DNA from: Camelus ferus
Taxonomy: Eukaryota
Reading direction: 5' to 3'
Assembly: GCF_009834535.1 (NCBI RefSeq)
Contig: NC_045707.1
Span: 52,516,001-52,580,000 of the forward strand
Length of the DNA: 64,000 bases
The position numbers were made by a program, and so were the translations under genes. The notes beneath the pieces were generated by a model. That model was not told where the DNA came from and made no database searches. It saw nothing but the letters and a program-made list of their open reading frames with translations. Positions 12,411 to 22,337 of the stretch are shown piece after piece; positions within the stretch are counted from its first letter, which is position 1, and the number at the start of each line of letters is the position of its first letter.

Positions 12411-12563
12411 TGAAAGAATTTCATATGGGGAAGTTCATACGATCCAGCTCCGTGTTTAGAATAATTATCCTGTCAGAAGTGAGAAGAAAGTTTTAGAAGA
12501 GCTCACGAAAAATTTATAATGCCAGGCTAATAAATACACTTATATTTATATTTTTATTTCTAC

Positions 12564-12667
12564 CTCTCCCTCTCCTTCTATTTCTATTTCTGTTATTTCT
12601 ATTTCTAGTTCTGAAGGAAGGACAGAGTATTTCTGCCGTGGAAGAACGCCAAGTGAGAAATTGCAAG
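12564..12667 (-). pseudogene. Exon, 104 nt: LAISHLAFFHGRNTLSFLQN*, then a TAGAAA-type expansion
   Basis: Acceptor gtttttctatatgtag| after a 164-nt intron. First stop TAG at 12607-12605. Donor AG|gtagaa is weak, phase 2. Confidence 0.65.
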
Positions 12668-12831
12668 CTACATATAGAAAAACACAGTTTATAAGTGACG
12701 GTAACCCAGCTGGATTATTTCTATTTCTAGCCCTTATAACCCTTGATGTGAATCCATTTTCCATTCACTAAAAGCACTTTCCCCCCAGGGCCACGACACA
12801 ACTGAAGGTGGAGGGGCAAGTGTAGTCTTAC

Positions 12832-12975
12832 TTCGTGAAACAGGTCACACAACTCGAGGTTCTCGTGTTGTTTCGTGAGCGTCAGGACATGGGTAACGTA
12901 GCGGATGCCACGGTGGTGGGAAAGACCTGGAGCTGACGGCTCAAAGGGCGTCGGGGACGTGTGAGCACTTAGCCA
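12832..12975 (-). pseudogene. Exon, 144 nt: WLSAHTSPTPFEPSAPGLSHHRGIRYVTHVLTLTKQHENLELCDLFHE (first part of the PWI-like region)
   Basis: Long polypyrimidine tract ending ttcctcggacag|, donor GAA|gtaaga. Only phase 0 is open. Confidence 0.75.
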
Positions 12976-13420
12976 CTGTCCGAGGAAAAGAAACCAAGAG
13001 GAGGAGGAAGGAAGTGAACAGAGAGGGAGAACAGGGTCAAAATAATTCTGTCCTTTGTGCTTTACCGGATTAACAGAGAAATTTAAAAAATTAACAATAA
13101 AAATAATTGCTAATCTTGTCACCAAGATATGATCATTGATGGCTTCCATTGTTTCTTTTTTGAGAATTTCTTTTCTATTAGTTATATTATGTATTATATA
13201 TTCAAGGCTTGATTCACTCAATCTCATACTGTAGATGCGGTGAGGGCAGCTCCCTAGTCTTGTTTCTGCCTTTATTCCTTTTTCTTTTAATAACAGTTCA
13301 GGAATCCAGCCACTTTCTGTTTGCCCAGATCCGCTGGTTTTAATTCAAGAGCGGAAACTTTCTGGGATAAAACTCGAGAGAGCACAGCCTGCTCAGCTGA
13401 CACTGCCTCCCTCGTCTTAC

Positions 13421-13488
13421 CTCACGGGCCGTGACGGAAGTCTCAGAGTTCTGTGCAGACACTTTTGTTTGATTTGAGAAGAAGCTCC
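13421..13488 (-). pseudogene. Exon, 68 nt: SFFSNQTKVSAQNSETSVTARE
   Basis: Acceptor ctccttctcag|, donor GAG|gtaaga. Open frame ending phase 0, joining the WLSAH exon. Confidence 0.55.
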
Positions 13489-13924
13489 CTGAGAAGGAGT
13501 CTGGCTCTCAGCCCACATGCTCACAGCGGGCACTTTGCCGGCCTTTCAAAGGCAGCAAATTCAAGTTCACGCTTGAAGAACACGTTGGTTCGAAGGGATG
13601 AGACTTTGAGTTCGTTTATACTGATCATGCTCAGAATTTAGGGGCAGCGAAATCCATCGGGGGCCAAGTTCAGCACCTGCAGAGTCAGAGGTCAACAGCG
13701 TGAGGAGAAAGTCCTTCGCCAGATCCGGGAGTGAGAGACACCTGGGCACTTTGACTGCCTGGGGCCCGGGCAGTCCAACTCCTTCCCCAGCAGACACGTT
13801 TGGACGCTAGGGACTTGACGTGGCATGAATTGCTTTTCCCACATATCCTATCTTGTGGTCATCATCTTTATCGACATCTAATGTTAATATATAAAGGTGC
13901 ACAGCTCATAACTGATGAAGTATG

Positions 13925-14110
13925 GTGCGGCAAACATCCCTGGGTAACCGGCACCGTGCGAGCCACGCAGGAAATAAGTATCACACAGCACTGCCCACAG
14001 ATTTCTACCTCTTCATCCACAAAGGGAACATGCCGGGTGCAGCTTCCGACAGGGGAGGCCGGGGTCCGCGCCAGGATCCCGGGGGGACCTGGCTCACGTA
14101 TACTCGGGGG
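13925..14110 (-). promoter_or_regulatory. Small CpG-enriched patch; candidate promoter or first exon of the minus-strand gene
   Basis: Local CpG density about 0.5 kb upstream of exon 13488, weak donor GAG|gtagaa at 14009, RFX half-site GGTAAC at 13943-13948. Confidence 0.3.
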
Positions 14111-14618
14111 AGGAACCCTTAATATGTTACACGTTACTGAATTTCTCCACACCACCACCAGTCCCAAAGCGTCCAGACCTTTCCCGACTCTTTTCATTCA
14201 TCAGCTATGCGGGTGCTGTCATTTAACATTTATAATTTCATGGCCTTCTCATGTAGATAAAGTTACAAACCTCGATCCACAAATTTTTATCCAGGAACAG
14301 TGTCTTGAAGTTGGATCCTCAAAGTGCACTCAACATTCGTTAAAAAAAAAAAGGAACTTGGACCTCATGGGATGGGGTCCCTGACCAGCAGAGATGCCAC
14401 AGGTCCTTCCTAGCCCCGTTCAAATCCCTACATAGCTTTTAGGGCCCCTAAATAGTTGTCTGCTCAAAGCAAAAAAAAGTAACTTGCCATGTCAGTTTTA
14501 AAATGTTGTTGTAGTAAAAATTTTTTAATTAAAAAAAACCTAAAGTGTACAAATTATTGCCTTAACCATCTCATCCTTCCTTTTTCACTGGGGCTCATTG
14601 GGAGGAAATGCTGGACCA

Positions 14619-14930
14619 GCAGGGGTAGGTGACCCAGGACCCACAAGCCAAATCCACCCTGGCCACCTGCTTTTGTTTTTGCAAGAAAAGAGTGGTTTGA
14701 ACATGTTTTAATGATTGAAAAAAATCTAAACAAGAATTTTGTGACACATGAAACTTACACACTTCAAATCTCAGTGTCCGTAAATAAAGTTTCCTTGCAG
14801 CCACCAAGCGCACTCCTTTACATGTGGCCCACGACCACCTCCGTGAGGGGCCGCAGCAGGGCCAGCCAGCCCACAAAGCCCAAAGATCGAGCCCCTGGCC
14901 CTCGAGGGAAAGGGTGTTCCAATCCCGGCA
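14619..14930. mobile_element. MER58-like hAT-Charlie DNA transposon (MITE)
   Basis: caggggt...agccaaatcc start, internal gtaaataaagttt...cagcca, and gcccacaaagcc motifs. Confidence 0.7.
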
Positions 14931-15176
14931 AGAGACGACTTTAAGATCTGAGAGGGTGGTAGTGAGCAGAGGCGCCCCTGTCTGCCCATTCCTGCTGCTA
15001 AATATTTGGAACTTGTGAAGATGCTGCACGAACTTATTCTTTTAAAAATTTTCTCCAAAGGAATCAATACTCTACACCCTGACAGATACCACCTTCTTCC
15101 TCTTTTCTGGGACATTTGTCCAGTTTTTTAAAATTAGGTTGATCTGCACAGAAATGAGTCTTAAAGAAAAGAATGT

Positions 15177-15178
<2 letters not shown>

Positions 15179-15214
<36 letters not shown>
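15179..15214. repeat. (GT)18 microsatellite
   Basis: Read directly. Confidence 0.95.
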
Positions 15215-15215
<1 letters not shown>

Positions 15216-16129
15216 CCCATTCTCAGTTACTATGAGAGCATCTTTTTTCTCAGGTTAGGGCTTGACACCTTGAAAGGGATGTGGAAGTTTGAAGGTTCAA
15301 AGAGACTTATAAGGGGGGCTGGACGGTTGATTTATAATAGCAATAATCCCTAAGTAAGGATTAGGAAAGACATCGCAAAAGCCTCAAGGTTCCTTGAGCC
15401 AACTGTAGCTTTGTTACTGGGGGGCAGGAGAGGCGGGGGAAAGGGCAGGCCCGGGGACAGGCAAGCGGGGAGACGCAGAGGCTGGGTTTGCAATCAGTTG
15501 GTGCCCACACCCAGGGGCCTCTCTCCTCACTGTCCTGGGGACCATGGGGAGACTTTGCAGGGAAGTGGGGGTGACTGAGTTTCTGCCATCTGGCTGATCT
15601 CTTCGTCATGAGGGCGTTCAGATTTGGAGCGTGTTTCCAGAAATAAGTGCCCTATGTAGCTCTGGTGGGTGACCCTGCGGACAGCTGCAGTGCATCTGGA
15701 CAGGCACTGAAGAGTTAAGCCCACCAGTGGCATCTGTCCCACCCGCTGCCTGCTCTCTGCAGCCCCTCCAGCTCCCTGCCTGCTTCCTGAGCTCCTCACT
15801 GGGGATGGGGTGGGGGAGCATGTGCAGGGTTCCTGGGAAACATAAATTCTGCTTCCCTATTTGCCTTTGGTGGTCAGACTCACAAGGAGGAAATGCTCAT
15901 GGTGGGTTTCCAGTGGAAGTTTCTGGCAGCCAGGCTCTCAAGGAGGCAGAGTCGGGGGGAGCTGATTTCTTTGTCTTGCTCCTGGTAATGTCCAGCTGGC
16001 TGAGAGTATCAGAAAATTACTTTGGATGGAAAGAAATATGATAAAGGGTGTGCGAGGAAAGGCAGGGACGGAAAGTTACACAGCATGGACTGAGGCTTTG
16101 ACCACTGGTCAGTGCGGGGCCCCCAGATG

Positions 16130-16277
16130 CACTCTAGACGCGCAGAACCAGTATCTGGTAGTGACCTGTGAGAGAGAACCTGAAAGCGAATGTGTGTGTG
16201 TCCACGTGTGGCTGGAACGTGATGCTGCACACCAGAAACTGACAACATCATAAACGGACTCTACTTCATTAAAAAAG
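16130..16277 (+). mobile_element. L1 3'-end fragment, strongly GC-shifted
   Basis: atgctgcacaccagaaactgacaacatcataaacggactctacttcattaaaaaa aligns with the copies at 39995 and 61522. Confidence 0.7.
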
Positions 16278-17099
16278 GAGGACGAGGAGTCAGAACACTG
16301 AAACCTGAAACGACTTGGTCTCTCTCTGGGTTTGCAAAGCTGGAAAGTCCAGTGCAGGGCGACCTGTCTCTGTTCTGACCTCCACCGTCTTCTGTTTGAA
16401 GGCGCCGGGCCCAGGAGATTTGAATTTCCTGTAGATATCGATGCTTCCCTTTCTTCAGTGACAAATAAGCCAGTAACTCATTTTCAGAGATCTGGTGTTC
16501 ACACTGCAAGAAGTGACTATTTTTTTTTAAAGGAGAAAATAAATTACAAACACGCTCTAGTCATTTCTCTCAACTGCGTGGTGTCAAAAATGTGTGATTT
16601 ATTACCTTGTTTTCTCCCAGCCTGTTCTATTTCCCTGAGCCTTCCCCCAAGGCCTTGATTAGCCCTCATGATCATTTCAAAGCATTTCATGCTGAAAGCA
16701 GTTCCCAGGAAATGCCACGTGCCTCAGATGGGAGCTTGGGCTCACAGGGAGCTGGGAGGGGTCGGAGCAAGGAGGCTGCCGCATTTGACAGTGTCAGCAG
16801 TGACCTTGGGGTCTCCGTAAATGGACCCCCCGACCTCTGGCCCCAATACTACTTTCATTCGCTTCCTGCTTCCACCTGGGCACAAGTCCTGCGTGTCTTG
16901 GTACCGAAGAGAATAAATACAAAGCTGGGGAGGAGGGTGATGGGGAGATGACCTGAGACATGGCTGGTTCTAGGAACCTTTGGCAGAGTTCCTTAATAAA
17001 TTGACTAACTTCCCCTTATCTGCATCCCCAAAGTGCCTGCTGCCGAGCCAGTGACATTTGACAAAAGAGAAGGTACAACAGCAAGAAATACAAGGCGGA

Positions 17100-17350
17100 C
17101 AGAGGTGGAGCCCTCGCGGACGGGATTAGTGCCCTTGTAAGGAGAGGCCGGAGAGCCCTCGTCCCCCACATCTGTCACGTGAGGACGAGGACACAGCGAG
17201 AAGATGAGAGTCTGTGGACCAGGAAGAGGCCTCTCACCAGACACCACATCTGATCTTGGAATTCCCAGCCTCCAGGACCGTGAGCAATGAGCTTCAGCTC
17301 TTCACAAGCCACCAGTATTTCTGTTAAAGCAGCGGGCACAGACTAAGACA
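17100..17350 (+). mobile_element. MLT1A/MST-like MaLR LTR fragment
   Basis: gggattagtgcccttgtaag...gaggacacagcgagaag...tgatcttggaattcccagcctccagg...gactaagaca. Confidence 0.85.
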
Positions 17351-19644
17351 AAACCTCTCTCGGGATCCTCCTAGCTTCCTCCAGAATCTCTGTCTCCAAT
17401 CGTGGCAGTTCCTAAACCCCCTACAAGTGTATCTATCATCTTAAAGCATGCTGCCACCTCCTTTGCTAACGGGTGCCAATGTGTGACAATCTCTGCTGTC
17501 CGGAAATGCTGGACCACAGGCATTAATATTAGGGCTCTTCACAAAGGGGGCTGGAGTCAGCGTCCACACTGACACGCTTCGGTGGAAAACACACACTCAT
17601 GGTCGTGTTTCAGAAACAGCCGTCTGCGGATTCTCTCTGTTTCCCGCAGCTGCATGGAGTGAATCAGACACCAGATGGGAGACAGTGCAGATTGATGCAG
17701 TCTGACCTCCCGTATAACCATGCGTCTGGCGGACACGACCAGTGTCTGGACTAGTTTTGACTGAAATTGTCACAGCGGAAGAGGATGACGTGCAACTGCG
17801 GGCGCGTGTCGCGACTGTAAACTCCTAAGTGTTAACTGACCCGTCAGCCGCACTGTGTGTCTAGAAACGTGGACGGGTTCATAGGCGGTTTAGCCTTAAA
17901 TGTCTAGGCTAATTGGATGAACACATCCATGGATGAGACACCAAGGGCATCAGCCCGCAGGGTGGCCACCACCATCCATCTCAGAGAACACTGCTCTTGC
18001 CAGGAGAAGGCGGATGGTCCACTTCCGCTCGGGGCTCATGCTTAACACAAAAGTGGTCAGTTCAATGCAGGAGCTGGAACAGGGCTACGAGGCTCCCCCA
18101 AGACTGTCTAACAGAGCCCTGAGACACGGAGCCTGGCACATCCTGCAGACCATGCCTGTGACGGGGCTGCTAAAGCTGAGTGACTGGACGGCTTATTCCA
18201 ACCACCACTTTGCAACAGTTTCCACCTCAGTCAGTTTATGACACTCAGAGCCAGCTCTGCTCTTGGCCTCAGCTGAAAAAGAATTTTATTTATAATTCTG
18301 AAGACTGCCTTAGTCAAGCCTTAAAAATGAGATTCCTATAAAAAGTTAATTTTTAAATGACTTCAGAAGAACCCTCAAAAAGTTTTACTTAATATAACTT
18401 GTAATCCCTTAGTTCCATTGGTGGTTTGAAATGCCTGTTTTAAATACCGATAACAGTTACCAATTTGCTAAAGTCAGCAGTCACACAACTGTCAAATCAT
18501 GCCAAAGAAAATGAACATCACTATAATCTGAGATTATTATAAACCCAGAAAGCGCTGCGGGATTGATGATAGTTTTTGAGGTTTATTTATGGATTCGTAG
18601 CAAGAAAGGAATCATTTTTAGCTGAGTGTTTCATTTTAAGTGATTTTTTTTCCCTTCTTTTAAAAATACTTATAGCAAATCTTGACCCTCTTTGACAAAC
18701 AGCAAATTACTCTGTCATCTTGGTCTTCATTTTTGGACAGTAGGTACAAGTTAACTATCCCCTAGTGTTTTGTGGTAAATGAAAAAGAAAAGAAAAGAAA
18801 AGGTTAATGGTATTCATATTTCCTATGGACTCTTTTAAATACAAAACAACCACACACACACACACAAAGGTTGTATGCGTTCTCTGAATTTCCCAAACAT
18901 ACCTGCAAGATTCAAGCATTTTGGACAATGATATCACCACCCTTCAAAACTAGGGGCAAAATCTGAGTTCAAGCAGGAAGTAGGTCCCTGAAACCAGTTT
19001 TGTCTTCCTCTCCCCACCAGCAAATCAAGCCCAACCACTGTAGCAGAGTTCAGCCCAGGATGAACACTGCACTTCTCCTCCTCCGGATTATTGTGCAGAT
19101 GGCCCAGATCTCGGAGGCTAACCTGACAACGTTTGGAGGAAAGCTGGGGCTGGAGAGGGAGGAAGCGCTCACATCAGGAGTGGGGAGCGAGGCTTTGCAC
19201 CTGCGGCTCACTCACCTTCTTAATAAGCTCCTTATCAATATTCCCTTTGGTGGAAGACAGAGTAAAAATGTACTCCCAATGCAGCACGTTCTCAGAAAAA
19301 TCCCTGCAGTTAAAATGGGGGTGATGGAAATACGGGAATGATGAAAAAAACACACCAAAAGCGTAACGGCGTTTTTGCAATCCTTTAGAAATGCAGGTGG
19401 AAGTTTCTTTTTGGATCAGCAGATAGCACGGCGCCCCAGCAGAGAGTGGCCACGCCTTCATCTCGCTGGTACCACACAGCACCAGCTGCATCCTTTTCAA
19501 CAGAACTACTTGCTCCCGGTGATCTAAGACGGGGTAGACAATAGATCCAGAGGTCAATTTACTTCCTTTTCTGGCACCTTCTAGTGGGAATAAATGATTG
19601 CCTTTAATCCTTGCCTCTTCTTGGAGTAGTGTTTAAATTTAGGA

Positions 19645-19790
19645 GAGGGATGGATGTTAACAAGACATGTTGTAGTGATTATTTTGCAACATATACATGT
19701 ATTGAAACCTTACGTTGTATGCCCGAAACTAACCCAACATTGTATGTCAACTGTATCTCAATAGTAAATAAATACACAAATAAATAAAAA
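19645..19790 (+). mobile_element. L1MA-like 3' end with A-rich tail
   Basis: gatggatgttaac...attttgcaacatatacatg...tgtatgtcaactgtatctcaata. Confidence 0.7.
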
Positions 19791-20979
19791 GTTAGAAGAG
19801 GTGCCCATCTCTGCTCATGGGAGCTCCAGGGTTCTTTTCCATCCAGAGTCTGCAAGGTTGCAGACGGTCCTCCGTCTCTGTCTTCCCCAGGTCCATTCTG
19901 TTGTTCATTTGCTCACCCTTCCAAATGGCACACGTGTATGAAAGGGTTTCTTCCTGGAGGCTATTCAGGAGAAGAATATTTTTAAACATGTTGACGCTTG
20001 GCACTCAGAAATAGACCAGATAATCCCAGCAGATCTGAGATAAGCAAGAGGCGTTCTCTTTCCTGGCTTCGGGCAGAGCTGCGAGGGGAGAACCGCCCTG
20101 GAAAGGGGGCTTCTGATCTTCTGTTCTTCTCTTTTCTTCTTTCCTGTCGCCATATTTTTCTCCTCTGTCTTCCTCTTTCTTTTCCTTTCCAAAAAAGACT
20201 ATTGCAATCCTGCAGCTCTCCTGTGAGTGAGGAGCTGAGGTGGACTCATGAATGATTCACTGGCTCTGCCCTGTCGGAGGGGATCTATTCTGCTTTGAGA
20301 AGTGAGTTGGGGGTTATTTTCCGAAGCAGACGACACGAAGACGGCCCTGCCGGGTCCGCGGGCTTGTGGGCCTGCGGGGCTTCGTTGTCCATTGTCCCGG
20401 GCTCAGCTCTCCCAAGTCTCACAACAGCTTGACGGGAGTCTCTCCTCCAAAAAATCACTGTATGAGAAGTCAGCTCCTTGCACGTGGATTCTAGCTCATG
20501 TGTGTTTAGAAACGTCTCCCCTTTGGGGGTTTTCTGCAGGACAGGAGACATGTCGGGGGAGCAGGGCATTGTCACAGCCTCCGACGACTTAGCTGTCCTT
20601 GCCCCTCTCCCAGAAGGAAGTGGGCACAAGGGCCAGAGGCAGGGCCGTAGGATGTGGGCCGGCAGGCGACCTGGGGAGCTGAGCTGCGTGGCACCTAAGA
20701 GCCTCCGTGCTTGCCTGTAAAGACAGGATCCGTGACAGGTGCGTCCTTCCCAGGGTCTTTGAGAGGCGGGTGAACTGCTTCATCGGCCGCGGGGTGAGTG
20801 CCCAGCTGGGGTTCGTCATTATGACCTGGAGCCCACGCCTCAGCTCCACCTGGGGCACCAATTCCTCTAAGCTCAGGGAACAAACAAGATTCAAGTGACC
20901 ATGTTTCTGGTTTCTGGACATCGCTGTGTTTGGTTCCTCTGTAACTTGTGCTCGTGTGCAGGCCTCACCGCTTCAATTC

Positions 20980-21290
20980 TTTGCTCAAATGTCGCCTTTG
21001 TAGAAAGGCCAACACTGACGATTTCAGTTAAAGTTCTAAGTCCTGTCCCCTCCGCCAGCCCCATCCTGGTCCTGTCCCCGCCCCGTATCCTGCATCGCTT
21101 TGCTCCATGGCGTCAAACGTTTTTCAGGACTTCATGTAACTCACGTGTTTGTTAAGCTCTTAGGATGTGAGTTCCGTGAAGTCAAGGAGATCTGTTTTTC
21201 ACTGACGACTCCCCAGGGCCCCGAAAGAGCAGCTGACAGCAGTTGGAATCCCATGAGTATTTACTGAGTGAATGAAAGAAAGAATGAAAA
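20980..21290 (+). mobile_element. L2 3' remnant
   Basis: ggatgtgagttccgtgaag...ttcactgac...tatttactgagtgaatgaa. Confidence 0.55.
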
Positions 21291-21419
21291 ATGTGTGTCT
21301 CTGTAACAACGTCACGCTAAGTAATAAAGCTGAGACACTTAGGAAATTATGGTAAAATTGTGCCCATCTCTTGTGTCATCTGGACAGAATTTGGGTTTTA
21401 GGGAAGATCCTGTTGAAAT

Positions 21420-21570
21420 CCAGGCTCCTCTCCAACAGTGTGATCTGGAGCAAATGACATCACCTCCTGGAGACTCAGTGACTCTGTCTCTAAAATGGGG
21501 CAGCGGTGCCCACCAGCAGGGGGCGCTAGAATTAAATGAAAACATGCATGAGAAAGAGCTTGGTGTCGGA
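21420..21570 (+). mobile_element. MIR SINE
   Basis: tgtgatctggagcaaatgac...ctcagtgactctgtctctaaaatgggg...aattaaatgaaa. Confidence 0.65.
21511..21529 (+). promoter_or_regulatory. CTCF core motif
   Basis: caCCAGCAGGGGGCGCTAg, a near-consensus match. Confidence 0.65.
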
Positions 21571-21859
21571 GGGAACTAAAAATTCAGATCCTTTTACCCT
21601 CAAGATCCTAGTACACGCTGAATCAAAGTGCCAAAGATTCTGATGGAGACAAACTGGGGCAGTTCCCATGCAAGGTTGGTCCATGGAAACTGAAAGCTTC
21701 CCCATTAATGAGACCTTTGCGGAGGTGGGTGAAATAAACGTTTAGCAGACTGAACAGTACCCAGAGATGCCCCTGCCAGCTGTGAACGTGTCTCATCACA
21801 CAGGGAAGGGGTTGCAGAAGGCGTTCTAGCAAAGGTCTTAAAACGGAGTTATTCTGCAT

Positions 21860-22337
21860 TATCCAGAAGGGCCTGTTCCAATGATGTGAACCCTTAAAAC
21901 CACAGCGCTTTCTCTGACTGGAATCAGAGATTCAGCAGGAGGGGAAGTTGGAAATATTCCCTGTGTGAGAGTCACTGGACCTGCCATCGCTGCGGGCGGC
22001 CACGTGGAGAGCTTGAGAAGGGATGCAGCCAGCCTCTCGGAAGGGAGACCAGCCCCTGGCTGACGACCAGCCAGAAAGTGGGGACGTTAGTCCTACAGCC
22101 ACAAGGAACTGATCACAGCCAACAACCTGCAGGAGCAGGTGCACGGGTTCTTGCTCAGAGCCTGCAGGGGAGGATGCGGCCCTGCTGACACCTCGTTGTT
22201 GGCCTTGTGAGACCCCGGACCTTGGAGTCAGCTGATCCCAGGCAGACTTTTGAGCTGTTGAAATGTCAGATGATGCGTGTGTGTTGTTTCAAGCTGCTGA
22301 ATTCAATGGCAATTTGTTATAACAGCAATAGAAACAG
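21860..22337 (+). mobile_element. MLT1-family LTR (D/E-like)
   Basis: agccagaaagtggggac...cacaaggaactga...gccaacaacc...ccttgtgagaccc...aatttgttataacagcaatagaaa. Confidence 0.8.

Larger units (their letters stand above)
222..13488 (-). pseudogene. Multi-exon decayed gene with an N-terminal PWI-like domain; 3' part continues beyond the left edge of the window
   Basis: AG/GT-bounded minus-strand exons with phases: 13488-13421 (ends 0), 12975-12832 (0-0), 12667-12564 (0-2), 7843-7802 (2-2), 6625-6591 (2-1), 6398-6259 (1-0), 6019-5960 (0-0), 3667-3617 (1-1), 3105-3059 (1-0), 917-887 (0-1), 500-222 (1-1). The 5960-to-3667 join needs extra weak exons. Multiple in-frame stops. Confidence 0.7.

Noticed and set aside
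14009..14197. ATG-initiated 63-codon segment (MKRVGKG...FVDEE) as first coding exon
   Set aside because: Phase fits exon 12975, but the donor is weak and it is out of frame with exon 13488-13421, which has a stronger donor; kept only as an alternative.
19174..19580. Minus-strand acceptor (ttattcccactag) with a 127-aa ORF
   Set aside because: No convincing donor or recognisable protein; two frames stop within nine codons.
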